Source: Torpedo marmorata (Eukaryota). Taken from it: a stretch of DNA of 64,000 nucleotides. The stretch is from positions 71,052,001-71,116,000 of the forward strand of contig OZ360226.1 of the NCBI GenBank assembly GCA_977017645.1, given 5' to 3'. Below, piece by piece: positions 33,700 to 46,456 of the stretch. Positions within the stretch are counted from its first letter, which is position 1, and every line of letters starts with the position of its first letter. A program made the translations under genes and the position numbers. The notes below the pieces were generated by a model, which saw only the letters and a program-made list of their open reading frames with translations, did no database searches and had not been told where the DNA came from.

Positions 33700-35990
33700 A
33701 TCAGAGGCTCCTACATTTTCAGGAAATAAAGGCCCAGGATATACAACCTTTCCTTATAACTCAGGCCTCCAGTCGCAGTGAATCTCCTTTGCAGCCCTTC
33801 CAACTTATTGATATCCTTCCTTAAAGCTGGGCTTCCAGAACTGCACACAGTACGCATTTGGTTTCACCAATGCCTTGTACAGCTGTACCATCAGGTTCCA
33901 CCTTTTATACCTAATTCTCCACTCAATGAAGGCGAGCATGCCAGACACCTTCACCAACCTGCCTACCTAAGTCGTCACTTTTACAACCATCTCCGGGGCT
34001 GTGCCATATACTGTTTAAGCCCTGTCTTGGTTTCACTTACCAATATACACACATCACACTTGTCAGAGTTAAATTCCATTTGCCAGTCCTTGGCCCACCT
34101 TCCCAACTGACCTCAATCCTATTGTAAATGTTGATGTCTTTACTTGCTGTCCACTACACCATCATTTTTTGTGTCATTTGAAAATTTATTAATTACATTA
34201 CCAACCAAATCTTTAATAAAGACGACAAACAACAGTGGACCCAGTGCTGATCATGTGGTACACCACTGATCACAGGCCTCGAATCAGAAAACCAACAGTC
34301 CATTACCACCCTTCCTACTCCTTCCACTGCCAATTTTGAATCCAATTGGCCAGCTCACCTTGGGTCCCACGTGAGTTATCCATCCAGGTAAAGAAGCCAT
34401 GCAGGATCTTGTCAAAGGCCTTGCTAAACTCCATATATGCAACATCCACTGCTCTGCCTCATCAATCTTCTTGGTTACTTTTTCAAAAAACACCATCAGA
34501 TTTGTGAGATGTGATTTCCTGTACAGGAAGCCATGCTGACTACCTCTAATCAGTCCCTGCCTAACCATATGCTGGTAAACAGGGAATGATTAGAGGTAGC
34601 CAGCTGTAATCCATCAGAATCCCCTCAGGTAACGTAACTACAACTGACGTAAACACGAAAATCTGTAGACACCGTGGTTGAAGTAAAAAACACAAAAGCT
34701 GGAGAACTCAGCAGGTCAAACAGTGTCTTTTATGTAGCAAAGGTAGAAATACATAACCGACGTTTCGGGCTTGAACCCTGAAGGGTTCAAGCCCGAAACG
34801 TCGGTTATGTATTTCTACCTTTGCTACATAAAAGACACTGTTTGACCTGCTGAGTTCTCGAGCTTTTATGTTTTTTACTAACTACAACTGACACCAGGCT
34901 CACTGGCCTTTTATTCCCTGGCTTATCCTTCTTGTCTATTTGAATAACTGCACAACATTGACCATCCTCCAGTCTTCCGGCAGTTCCCCAGAGGTCAACG
35001 ATAATGTAAATATCTCTGCAGGGGCTTCTGCAGTTTCTTCCTTATCTTCTCACTTGATCAGGCCCAAGGAATTTGTGCACCTCAATGTACTCCAAAGCAG
35101 CAAACACCTCCATACATGCTCGAGGACATTACAACTCATTTGATTAAATTCCTTAGCTTCCATGATCTCAGTAAAGACTGAGGAGAAGTATTCACTTAAA
35201 ATCTCATCTTTTTCCTATGACTCCACACAAAGACTACCATGTTGTTCTTTAATAGGACCAATTAATTCTCTTCCTAGCTGCCCTTTTACTCTTAATTTCC
35301 CTGTAGAATTTATTGGGATTTTCCCTTATCCTCATGTCCTCTTTTGCCCTTCTGATTTCCTTCTTAAGTGTACCCCTACACCTCTTGTACTCACCAAAGA
35401 ATTCGCTTGATCCGACTGCTTAAATCTGATTTGTGCTCCCTTCTTTTTCCTGACAGAGCCTTAGTTTTCCTTGTCAACTGGGGTTCTCTAAATTTGCCAG
35501 CCTTATCCTTCATCCTAACAGGAACATGCTGTCCCTGAACCCTTGCTATCTCACCTTCAAAAGCCTCCCACTTTCCAGTTGCCCCCTTACCAGCAAACAT
35601 CCTCTCCCAATCAACCTCTCTAAATTCCTGCCTAATGTCTCCAAAATTGGGCTTGCCCCAATTTAGGACCTTAACTTGTGGATCAATCCTATCTTTCCCT
35701 TTAACTATTTTGAAACTAATAGTTATTGTCACTGTTCCCAAAGTGTTCCATCACTGACACTTCAGTCACTTGCCCTTAAGAGGAGGTCCAGTGTTGCACC
35801 CTTTTCAGTAGGTCCCTCATTATATTGATTGATTGAGGAAGCTTTCTTGGACAAACTTAAATTCCATCCCGTCTAAGCCCTTAGCACTGTGGGTGATTCA
35901 AACAATATTAGGGAAGTCAAAACCTCCCAGTAATAGTCCCCTCTTATTCTTACAGCTACCTTCAATTTTCATGCACATTGTTTTATCAGT
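33700..35990 (-). mobile_element. Old, deleted CR1 ORF2 remnants
   Basis: LIRGSQHGF...LTNL..FFEKVT and VLNWGKPNFGDIRQE...VDWERMF fragments, with many indels. Confidence 0.75.
34649..34878. mobile_element. Palindromic Penelope terminal-repeat insertion
   Basis: Near-perfect inverted repeat 34682-34879 centred at ~34780. 14-bp TSD TAACTACAACTGAC at 34635-34648 and 34879-34892. Confidence 0.9.
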
Positions 35991-36013
35991 TACTGTTATT
36001 AGTTAAAAGTTGA

Positions 36014-37755
36014 CCATAAGACATGAGAGCAGAAATAGACTATTCAGCCCATCGAGTCTGCCCCGCCATTTAATCATGAGCTGATTCATTTTCCCACTCA
36101 GCCCCACTTCCCGGCCTTCTCCCCATAACCTTTGCTAATGAAGAACATCAATTCCACAGATTTACCACCTTCTGGCTTAATAAATTCCTCTACATCTCTA
36201 TTCTAATCCTCTGTTCAATCCTGAAGTTGTTCCCTCTTATCCTAGACTCTCACACAATGTGAAACAACCTTTCTACGTCTACTCTGTCCATGCCTTTCAA
36301 CATTTGAAATGTTTCAGTGAGATCCCCCTCATTCTTCTAAATTCCAGTGAGTACAGGCCTAGAGCTGTCAAACGCTCCTCATATGATAACTCTTTCATTC
36401 CCGGAATCATCCTTGTGAACCTATCTGAACCCTCTCCAACGTCAGCACATCCTTTCTTAAATGATGAGCCCAAAACTGTTCACAATACTCCAAGTGAGGT
36501 CTCACCAGTGCCTTATAAAGCCTCAACATCACATCCCTGCTCTTGTATTTGCCTTCTTCACCACTGACTCAACATTCAAGTTTAGTTTAGGCTTTCCTGC
36601 ACGAGGACTCCCAGATCCCTTTGCATCTGGGTATTTTCAATTTTCTCCCCATTTAGAAAATAATTTGCCCATTTATTTTTTCTACCAAAATGCATGACCA
36701 TGCCCTTTCCAACATTCTATTTCATTTGCCACTTCTAAGTCCTTCTGCAGCCTCCCTGTTTCCTCAACACTACCTGCTCCTCCACTGACCTTCGTATCAT
36801 CTGCAAACTTGGCCACAAAGACATTCATTCCATAATCTAAATCATTGACATATAACATAAAAAGAAGTGGCCCAATATCAATCCCTATGGAGCACCACTA
36901 TCAACTAGCAACCAACCAGAATATGATCCCTCTATTCCGATTCTCTGCTTCCTGCCAATCAGCCAATGCTCTACTCACACTAGTATGTTTCCTGTTATAC
37001 CATGGGCTCTTATCTTGTTAAGTAGCCTCATGTGCGGCACCTTGTCAAAGGCCTTCTAAAAATCCAAATACACAACATCCACTGTATCTCCTTTATCTAG
37101 CCTGCTTGTCACTTCAAAAAATTCCAATATGTTTGTCAAGCAAGATTTTCCCTAAAGGAAACCATGGTTGCTTTGGCCTATCTTGTCATGTGCCTCCAAG
37201 TACTCCGTAAGAATTTCATGTATGTTACATTCTAAATGTATTACGTGACAATAATGGAACCTTTACCTTTAACCTCATGCTCGACAATCAACTCCAACAT
37301 CTTCACAACCACTGACGTCAGGCTAACGGTCTATAATTTCCTTTCTGCTGCCTCCCTCCCTTCTTGAATAGTGGGATGATATTTGTGATTTTCCAGTCCT
37401 CCGGGACCATACCAGAATCTAATGATTCCTGAAAGATCATTAACAATGCCTCCACAATCTCTACCGTTACTTCTTTCAGAACCTGAGGGTGCAATCCATC
37501 TGGTCTGGGAGACTTATCCACCCTCAGACCATGCAGTTTTCTGAGCACCTTCTCCCTTGAAATAGTAACTGCACTCACTTCCCTTCCCTGATACCCTTCG
37601 ATATCTGACACTCTGCTCATGTCTTCCATAGTGAAGATTGATGCAAAATATGTATGAAGTTCCTCTGCCATCTTGTCTCCCATTATTATTTCTCCAGTGT
37701 CATTTTCTAGTGGCCCTATATATACTCTCACCTCTCCTTTATTCTTTATACAATG
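36014..37755 (-). mobile_element. CR1 3' half, degraded
   Basis: KSPRPDGLHPQVLKE...VPEDWK...PLFKKG...NYRP (ORF 37318-37788), KFADDTK at ~36790-36810, and a CR1-type tail at ~36014. Confidence 0.85.
37209..37270 (+). mobile_element. 5'-truncated tail-only copy of the 5S-derived SINE (or of its partner LINE)
   Basis: AAGAATTTCATGTATGTTACATTCTAAATGTATTACGTGACAATAATGGAACCTTTACCTTT is almost identical to the 3' end of 50362-50603. It interrupts a CR1. Confidence 0.8.
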
Positions 37756-38524
37756 CCCTCCATAATGTTTGGGAGAAAGGAAAGACACATTTTTTCCTTT
37801 ATTTGCCCCTGTACTCCAGTTTTAAATGTGTGATCAAACAATTCACGTGATTAAAGTGCACCATCTCTTCAGCCACTCATTTGTCTGCACTATCTTCCTG
37901 TTCTGACCTTCCCTAGCTCATGGCACTGGAAGTAATCCAGAGGTTACCACCTTGGAGGTCCTGCTCTTTAGCCTCTTTCCCAACTCTCTAAACTTACTTT
38001 GCACTACTTCTACCCTACTCCTCCCAATGTTGTTGCCTTCAGTAAAGAATGATTTACTGGTATTTCATCTGTTGTTTGCTATAGTAACCAGATATTCAAG
38101 GGCTTTTTGACCTGTAGGCTGACTGTCTATTGTTGGCAACTTGTCTCTTCCTGCAAAGGGAGGTGGTACCAATTTGTTGAACATGAATGACCTCACTCTT
38201 AGGCCAAAGTCAGCATATCTCTTCCTAAATACACAACCTTAGCTCATTGCCCCCATTTGCACTTACATCCTGTTTATATCCTTTTCTGTTTAGTTATTTT
38301 AAATTCTGAAGTTTATTTCATGCACAGTAACATCCTTGCATATTTCTTGCACTTCTGAAAGTCTGGTATAAATGCTTCATGCCAATAGACGATAGGAGAA
38401 ACAGTCCAGATTTATCTAAGTTCCTGGATCTGGCAACAGCATTTTAACCCTGTCATGACTAATATTTCCTCACAGATTCCTGTTCTGGATGCTTGCATTG
38501 CCTGCGGTGAATCAATGCTGTCTA

Positions 38525-39139
38525 CACTAGACAACGAAGATTTTGCTTCCTGAACACTTTTGGATGTATTTTATGGATTTTGGGCTGCTGATCACAAAAA
38601 TCACGTTAAGATTTTCCTATCACATACAGTTTTTTTAGATATAACCTATTTTTGTAATCTCCTGTCATATTTTAAGTCTGCTTCAAGCATACAAAACCAT
38701 GAAGTGCAACATGTCATTGAAAATTCATACTCTGCATTCACACTTGGACTTCTCCCCTGCTGATCTTGGTGCAGTCAGTGACGAACATGGTGAAAGGTTT
38801 CACCAGGACATTGTGACCATGGAAAAGCGGTATCAGGGCAATTGGAATCCATCAATGCTGGCCGACTATTGTTAGACACTGATATGAGAGTCATCAGATG
38901 CTGAGTACAAACAGAAATCAGCGGCAAAATTTTTTTAGGTCAGTTGAACTAACGCAATGCGTCAGCATCATTATGCGATTAAACTTGCTAAATTCAATAA
39001 AAGTTTATTTAATGTTTCTCCATCTTCCTACATGATACAGCAAATCTGAAATTATCTTTGTGTTCAGCTTGAAGTTGTCTATCATAATCCCCTTTTTTTT
39101 TCAGGAAACAAACCTTTTGAAAAAATTTGTTGTCCAGTG
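38525..39139 (+). mobile_element. Chapaev3-type DNA transposon, internally deleted
   Basis: Termini CACTAGACAAC / GTTGTCCAGTG and 3-bp TSD CTA. Hand translation from 38711 gives MSLKIHTLHSHLDFSPADLGAVSDEHGERFHQDIVTMEKRYQGNWNPSMLADYC*, a Chapaev transposase C-terminal motif. Confidence 0.85.
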
Positions 39140-41616
39140 CTATCTGACAGCTGCCATGTGTATCACCTGCTCACTTATATCAGGGGTCCAGACACTTTTA
39201 CAGAGCTTCTTTCAAATTAAAAGACTCTTTGGAACTTTACTGCAAGTGAATGGGTTCTGGATTGTTAACATTACCAGGGACAGCTTTAGACTGACAGCAT
39301 GTCAAATTATTATCCAGCTAATTGCCCAAAAATGCCTTTTACATACAGTATTATTGGGTTCTGAGTACCTGGAGAAGTTTCAACCTGGTCTATATTTGCA
39401 TTGTTGCCTAGCAGCAATTTCTGCTGACAGGTATTACTTGTTCTTACAATATTGTCATGACATTTCAACTCTTCACTGCCAGTTAAGTGGATGAGTATCA
39501 CTTTAACTGTTAGTTAAGGGGCACCTGTTTGCCTTGCCAGCAGTAATATAACCAGTAAAAAAATGGATGATACTCATTTTGATTTTATCAAGGCCAGCAG
39601 AATATTGTGAGTGACACCGCTGTCAAACTTTTTTTCCCCCTTTTCAGTCTCACAAAGGCAACTATAAAAGTATACTTATTTTTTAAGTACCATAGCAAGA
39701 AATTTGTTTCATTTCTTTCTACTTGTGTTCCTGAAGGCAGGTTGAGATGTTTGATAAAGCATTTTGGTCATAATTGAAAATCAGAATTGTGGTGTTTGGA
39801 CATTTTTTTTATAACATTTGAATAGTAAAATCGCCTGAACATACAAACATCTAAATCTTGCTAGAATTTTAAAGAAAATTTGAAAGAGAATTGAAAATGC
39901 TTATAAGAATTTTTTTTTAAATAGGCTTGCTTTTATGTCACACCATACATGGCCCCAAATCATCTCAAGAAACTTTGCAATGGATTGCCTTTGTAGTTGG
40001 TCATTGTCATAAATTAGGAAACATTGTGGCCAATTTACACTCAGCAAGCAAAGTGATAAATAGTGAACAGGATCGTATATGTCCATCTGAAAGAGGAAGC
40101 TCAGTTTAACATCTCAATTAAAGCAACAACTCCAACTCTCTTAGTACATGTTGCCTCAATGACTATCGCCCAGTAGCACTCACATCTACTGTAATGAAAT
40201 GCTTTGAGAGGTTGGTCGTGGCCAGAATTAACTCATACCTAAGTAAAGATCTGAACCCACTGCAATTCGCCTATCGCCACAATCGCTCCACAGCAGATAC
40301 AATCACACTGGCTCTCCACTCAACTCTCGATCGCCTAGACAACAGCAAAATGTACATCAAGCTAATCTTTATCAACAACAGCTCAGCTTTTAGCACCATC
40401 ATACCCTCAGTATTGGTCAACAAGCTCCAAAACCTTGGCCTCTGCACCCCCCTCTGCAACTGGATCCTTCATCGGAAGACCACAGTCAGTGCGAATTGGA
40501 AACAAGATCTCCCCCTCACTGACAATCAGCACAGGTGCACCTCAAGGATGTGTGCTTAGTCCACTGCTCTACTCGTTCTACACCTATGACTGTGTGGCTA
40601 GGCAAAATTCAAATGCCATCTACAAATTTGCCGATGACACCACGGTTGTCGGCAGAATCACAGACGGCAATGATGAATTGTACAGGAGTGAGATAGATCA
40701 GCTAATTGAGTGGTGTCCCAACAACAACCTTGCACTTAATGTTAGCAAAACTGAGGAACTAATTGTGGACTTCAGGACAGGGAAATCAGGAGAACACAAA
40801 CCAGTCCTAATCGAGGGATCAGCAGTGGAAAGGGTTAAGAACTTCAAGTTCCTGGGTGTCAACATTTCTGAAGATCTGTCCTGGGGCCTCCATGTCGATG
40901 CAATCACGAAGAAGGCTCACCAGTGGCTATACTTCATGAGGAGTTTGAGGTGATTTGGTATGTCACTGTTGTGTGTGGAGGAAATGTGGCCTCCCTGCCT
41001 GTCTGGTATATGTGTATTGCGGGTGGTCACGTGTCCTCCCTGTCTGAAACTTATTCGGAAGTCACATCACATGTCAATCAAGGTTGAACTCCAGCCACCC
41101 ATTAGTGCACACCTTGCCTTTGGCTAATTTAAATCACCTAGGGTCATTATTGGCTGGAAGCACAGATTAGCATTGTATATAACACCAATGCACAGCACAT
41201 TCCTTCTCTCTGCCTCGTGGTCCAAGCCCTGGACATCGCTCCGCGCCAAGTCGCTACTGGGGACATCGCTGGAAGTGTCGCGGGTAAGGTGTGCACTACA
41301 CTGAAGCTGAGCCGTAGTATTGCGATAGCTCAATACTTGCAGAGAGCCGCACCCCCGTTGGTACAGGGAACTGGGTGTGTGTAAAGGTCCCAGTTTGTAG
41401 TGTGTACTCAAGTGTGTGAGCGTGTCGAGTATAGGTTCACTATTGTCGGAGTCCAACCTAGGTCTGTGCTTAAGTGAAATAGTAATTGAGTACCGTTTAA
41501 TGTTCTCCCCTGTTTGTCTCCCATGTGTTAATTACAGTTACGTGTGATTGTAACACGTGTCCAGACTCGTCTCTCTGTGAACCCACTGAACCTGATACTC
41601 TTCCCAACACGACAAT

Positions 41617-41636
41617 TGACGCTGCGAGCAGGGTTC
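41617..41636 (+). promoter_or_regulatory. Primer-binding site, tRNA-Ser-like
   Basis: TGACGCTGCGAGCAGGGTTC lies 2 nt after the 5' LTR. It is close to the complement of a vertebrate tRNA-Ser 3' end (TGGCGCAGCGAGCAGGGTTC, recalled). Confidence 0.7.
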
Positions 41637-41779
41637 AAAGAGTTTCGGCTGGACACACGTGGAGTACTAACCATGTGGGAGAACGTACTAACAGTGTGTG
41701 TGTGGGTATCCTGTCGAGTGCATGTGTGATTGTGTACCTGCTCACCTACGGGGGCAGCAGGAGGCGACCCACAGATAGT

Positions 41780-43300
41780 AAAGGAAACCCGGGGCCGGAA
41801 TATAAAATCCCCAGGTGGACCGACAACTGTCAGGGGTTCAGCTGTTCGGCGGCGTGGCTGGCAAGCCACGCCATGCCGATCAACTGTTTCGACAGGCTGG
41901 ACCACCATGGAGAGAAGATAGGGCACCACGTGGTCTCCCTCCTGGAGGAACCGGGGTTTCCCGAGGCCAGAGGGAGTCGTGGGGGAGCCCTATGGTTACT
42001 AATATCCCTACTTAGGCGCCAGTGGGGTATCAAGTCCGATTTAAGTAATCAGGGTGCCCAGAAAGATAGGGAGATAGAATCCCTGCAGCATCACTGTTGT
42101 GCACTACAGGAGGCAGTGCAGACTACCCAAGTGCGAGTGACCAACCTAGAAATTAAAGTCATGGAGGCAGCTTCCAAGCTGATTGAAACACAGCAGCTGC
42201 AAGCAGCTCACTGGTCTGGCTCGCAGCTTGACCCAGGCAAATTCCGAGCCATTGTCCAGCGGGGGGAGGGGATCGACACATGGTTGGGGGATGGGTATGA
42301 GTGGATGGATGGTGATGACCATGAGGAAACTGAGTCCTATGACACATGTCCTCCTCCCTGAGCCTTTGCAAGCCCGACCAGTGACCACGCGGTCCCAGAC
42401 CTGCCACGAGGGGACGCCGCCGACCCTCCAAAACAGGGAGGTAGCTGAAAATGGGGGGGGCCTCGGGTGGGCATGTATGTGGTCACTGAGATAATGGAGT
42501 CCCGGGACTACTCTGCAAAGGAGTTAACCGGGCGAGGGGACCGATACCACCAGCAGCCAGGTGAACACATAGTCATGCCGCTGCTTCAGCTGGGAGATAA
42601 GGGTGCCCCAAATTTCCTTCTCTCTCATCGGGAAGTGAGCACCCTGGGTGGTCTGTCTGACCAACAGACGATTGGCAATGCCTTGTGGGCGTCGCCAGAA
42701 GGGGTCGATGATGGCACCACCCTATGGGAACGGGTGGTGACTGTGGTCCGAGCCAGGTTCCCTGCCCTCCTAGAATGGGGCCTACAAGGCTGGCCGCAGT
42801 GGCACACCGTTGGCGTTGGGACACGGGTTGTTAGGGAGTGGGCACTAATTGTGGGTATCTACAGGGGCGCCCGCGAGCACCACTTCCCAGGGAGCACGAA
42901 GGTGACTGGTGCCTTTGCGGGCTATTTAGTCACCACCGCACGCCCCAACCTTAGAGGGGTGGTCTTGCCCCTCATGGGACTGGCAACCGGGAAAACCATC
43001 CGGGAAGCCATTACCCTCCTGGAGGGATCGGAGTACATGGAGCGGGGAGCACCCGCTCAAGTTTACAGGGCTGAGGCAAAGTTCGGTGATGTCACCCTGC
43101 CGGTGACTCACAGAGACATGTATGCTCTCTGGAGGGAGCATTGCGGGGGAAGCCCCATGGGGGTGGAGCTTACCGTGCGCCGCCCACTCCGACCTGGACC
43201 AGCCTCCCCTCTGGTCCTCCCCCACCTGAGGTGGCCCATGACTAATCTATGTTTTGAGCTCTCCCAAACCCCACCCCAGGAGAAGACTACCCTTCAAGCC
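41780..43300 (+). pseudogene. gag: Class III retroviral gag, frameshifted
   Basis: Coiled coil (REIESLQ...VTNLEIKVME), ARPVTTR, and YSAKEL...YHQQPGEH...LLQLGDKG...LSHREVSTLGGLSD, which resembles the ERV-L/Fv1 gag major-homology region. Boundaries approximate. Confidence 0.7.
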
Positions 43301-45023
43301 GTTCCTCTTCTCGGTGAGGGTCTACGAAACACTCATCAAAACAGACTGCTGCGATCCCATAACTGATTTCTGCCCACACTGTCCTGTTTAAACAGCAAGG
43401 AACAATTGTCACTTATTATGCACAGAACTTTCAAGCAGACACACGACACATGTTGCCATGAAAACATCATCATTGGACATTCAACCATATCTTTTGTTAT
43501 GCACATTCCGAGTGCAGCTTTTGTAATGGACCTTTTGTTTTCTTTTTCTCATTTTTAATCACCCTGAGCTGTAGTAATAATGTCTTTAAGCACAATCAGG
43601 GAATTGGAGTTACAGTTCACTGTTTCAAAGTTACAGTTTATACGTAGAGTGTCACAGATCAAACATTAGAAAGAAACGTATATATTTTGTTTCACATGAC
43701 AATGACAGCGTCGCCCCATCCCTCCCATTAACAGAAACAAATACCTCATGGGGCGGGTGCTTCAGGAGCTTTTATTTAAAATCACAATTGGCTAACTTTG
43801 AGTCCCGACTCTTCCTGGCTATCGTTACAGGGATCCAACACAGGCACTTGTGGCACCCGTTTAAAGAGAACGCGAGCAGGAACGGCATCCTGGTGTCGGT
43901 CAACAGCCCAGGGAAACGGGGCACCCTGGATACACGTCTGCTGGCCTGCCCCCTGCCTCGCCACGGATAGCACGGCGACGGCCATCTGGGCGCTGTGCTA
44001 AGGGATCGCCCAAGCGTGAGGCCAAGGCGCGGGAAGCACAAGGCAAGAGAGAGCTCTGGCACCTGATGGATGACCTTGCACTGCCTGCTCGCAGACGTTG
44101 GTGGTAAGGGTGCTCACATTTGCCAGCCAAGCCGGAGAAACCAGGCATACGGGTCGGTGACCAGACAAATTTTTTTATCTACCTTCCCCTCTGACACTGG
44201 GTAGCAGCTCCCACAGCACCCTGCTCCATCAGAAACACAGTGACCCTGTTTTGTCAGGGGGGAGCTGGTGAGGTGTTGTCATTGAATTTGATTATGTACC
44301 TTGTCCAGCATACGGAAGGCACTTGTGTATATATTGATCCGCTTGATTGGTATCGTTTATTTTTAACAAATTTTTTTGTTCTTTTTTTACTTTTCCTTTT
44401 TTCTATAGTTATAGCACATACATATAGTTATTGATTGTCTACGTAGTGATTGCAGAGTGATGTGACTTCCGAGGGGTGGAATGTTGTGTGTGGAGGAAAC
44501 GTGGCCTCCCTGCCTGTCTGGAATGTGTGTAATGCGGGTGGTCACATGTCCTCCCTGTCTGAAGCTTATTCTGAAGTCACATCACCTGTCACTCAAGGTT
44601 GGACTCCGGCCACCCATTAATGCACACCTAGCCGTTGGCTAATTTAAATCACCTAGGGTCATTATTGGCTAGAAGCACAGATTAGCACTGTATATAACAC
44701 TAACGCACAGCACATTCTTTCTCTCTGCCTTGTGGTCCAAGCCTCGGACATCACTCCACACCAAGTCGCTATTGTGCACATCGCTGGAGGTGTCGCGGGT
44801 AAGGTGTGCACTACACTGAAGCTGAGCCGTAGTATTGCGATAGATCAATACTTGCAGAGAGCCACAACCCCGCTGATACAGGGAACCGGGTGTGTGTAAG
44901 AGTCCCTATTTGTAGTGTGTATACTCAAGTGTGTGAGCGTGTCGAGTATAGTTTCACTATTGTCGGAGTCCAACCTAGGTCCGGGGTGAATGTCTATATC
45001 ATTGTTTAAGTGAAATAGTAATC

Positions 45024-45811
45024 TGGTGGAGGAATAGTATGACGACGGTTATTAATGCTAGATATAGATTGGTCCAATATAATTTCTTGCACCAACTATA
45101 TCTCACACCACAGAAGTTACACAAATAAAAATCCGAAATATCGGAAATGTGTTTCAGATGTGGTGGGGAAATTGGAACTTTCCTGCACTCCACTTGGTCC
45201 TGTGCAAAGGTACGACCCTTTTGGTATGATATATCTAATACACTAACCAGAATTACGGGGGTAGCCTTTCCACTGGACCCGGAGTTGTATCTCCTAGGAA
45301 ATCTAATGAACATAAGCTACAAATTATCTAAATTCCGAATTCAATTTGTGCTAGTTGTTTTGTCCGTAGCAAAAAAATGCATAGCAGTCACTTGGAAGTC
45401 CGACTCCCCCCTTCAAATCACTGGATGGTCAGCAGAAATGCACAGTTGTATTCCTATGGAGAAAATTACATATAATCTCAGGAATAGATACGGTACATTT
45501 GTAAAGGTGTGGCAACCATACCTGGAGTATATTGGGGTCCAGTTTTAATTCAAACCCTAAGGTACAATACAATATAGCGTAGAAATATTTAACGGTGTGG
45601 CGCCTCCAAAAAGATTGAAAAATCAATGTAAGCACTGACGGTACGTTTAGTTTTTTCATTTTCTTTCTTTTCTTTCGTATGTTTTATTTTCTTTTTTCAG
45701 TTGGGGGGAGGGAGGGAGAGTTTAATGATAATGTTGTATACAGCTGTAAATTGTATATTTTCTGTTTATATTGTGGACTTTAAAAATAAAAAAATAAAAT
45801 ATTCCCAAAAA
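45024..45811 (+). mobile_element. 5'-truncated L1 3' end (third subfamily) inside the ERV 3' LTR
   Basis: ORF 45147-45548 CFRCGGEIGTFLHSTWSC...VWQPY, an A-rich tail, and a 16-bp TSD AAGTGAAATAGTAATC (45008-45023, 45812-45827). Confidence 0.93.
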
Positions 45812-46456
45812 AAGTGAAATAGTAATCGAGTACCGTTTAACGTTCTCCTCTGTTTGTCTCCTGTGTGTTAATTAAAGTTTTGTGTGATTGTAACACTTGT
45901 GTCCAGACTCGTCTCTCTGTGAACCAACCGAACCTGATACTCTTCCCAACACAACAGTCACCTAAGACTCTTGCAAATTTCTACAGGTGCACCGTGGCGA
46001 GCATTCTGACTGGTTGCAACACTGTCTGCTATAGAGATGCAAATGCATAGAACAGGAAAAGGCTACAGAGAGTTGTGAACTCAGCTAGTGCCATCATGCG
46101 CATTAGTCTTTACTCCATCAAGGATATCTACAAGAGGCGGTGTCTCAAGAAAGAAGCCTCTATCCTCAAGGACCCTCACCACCCAGGCCATGCCCTCTTC
46201 TCACTGCTACCATCAAGAAGGAGGTACTGGAGCCTGAAGACGAACACCCAGCAGTACAAAAACAGTTTTTTCCCTCTGCCATCAGATTTCTGAATGGACA
46301 ATGAACCACAGACACTACCTCACTTTCTCTTCTTTTGCACTCATTTATTTATTTTTAAAATATAATTTATAACAATATTTTCACTTCTAATGCTGCTACA
46401 AAACAATAAATTTCGTGACAATAAATTCTGATTCACACAGCACCAGATTTACAGAC

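Larger units (their letters stand above)
40967..45956 (+). mobile_element. Class III (ERV-L/ERV-S-like) endogenous retrovirus, gag-only
   Basis: LTRs at 40967-41614 and 44482-45956 (the latter split by L1), TG...CA ends. 5-bp TSD GTCAC (40962-40966, 45957-45961). Ser-type PBS, PPT GAGGGGTGGAA and an ERV-L/Fv1-like gag motif. Confidence 0.85.
40152..46435 (+). mobile_element. Rex1/Babar LINE split by the ERV (pieces 40152-40966 and 45957-46435)
   Basis: The RT peptide ...FGMS|PKTLANFYRC continues across the ERV. Tail GTGACAATAAATTCTGATTC. Confidence 0.9.

Noticed and set aside
34682-34879. DNA-transposon MITE, CRISPR array or terminator
   Set aside because: The arms match the Penelope terminal repeat at 1553-1692 and the TSD is 14 bp. 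There is no repeat-spacer array, and the context is eukaryotic.
39060-39494. 144-aa ORF as a host exon
   Set aside because: It starts inside the Chapaev terminus, has no recognisable domain and no convincing splice context.
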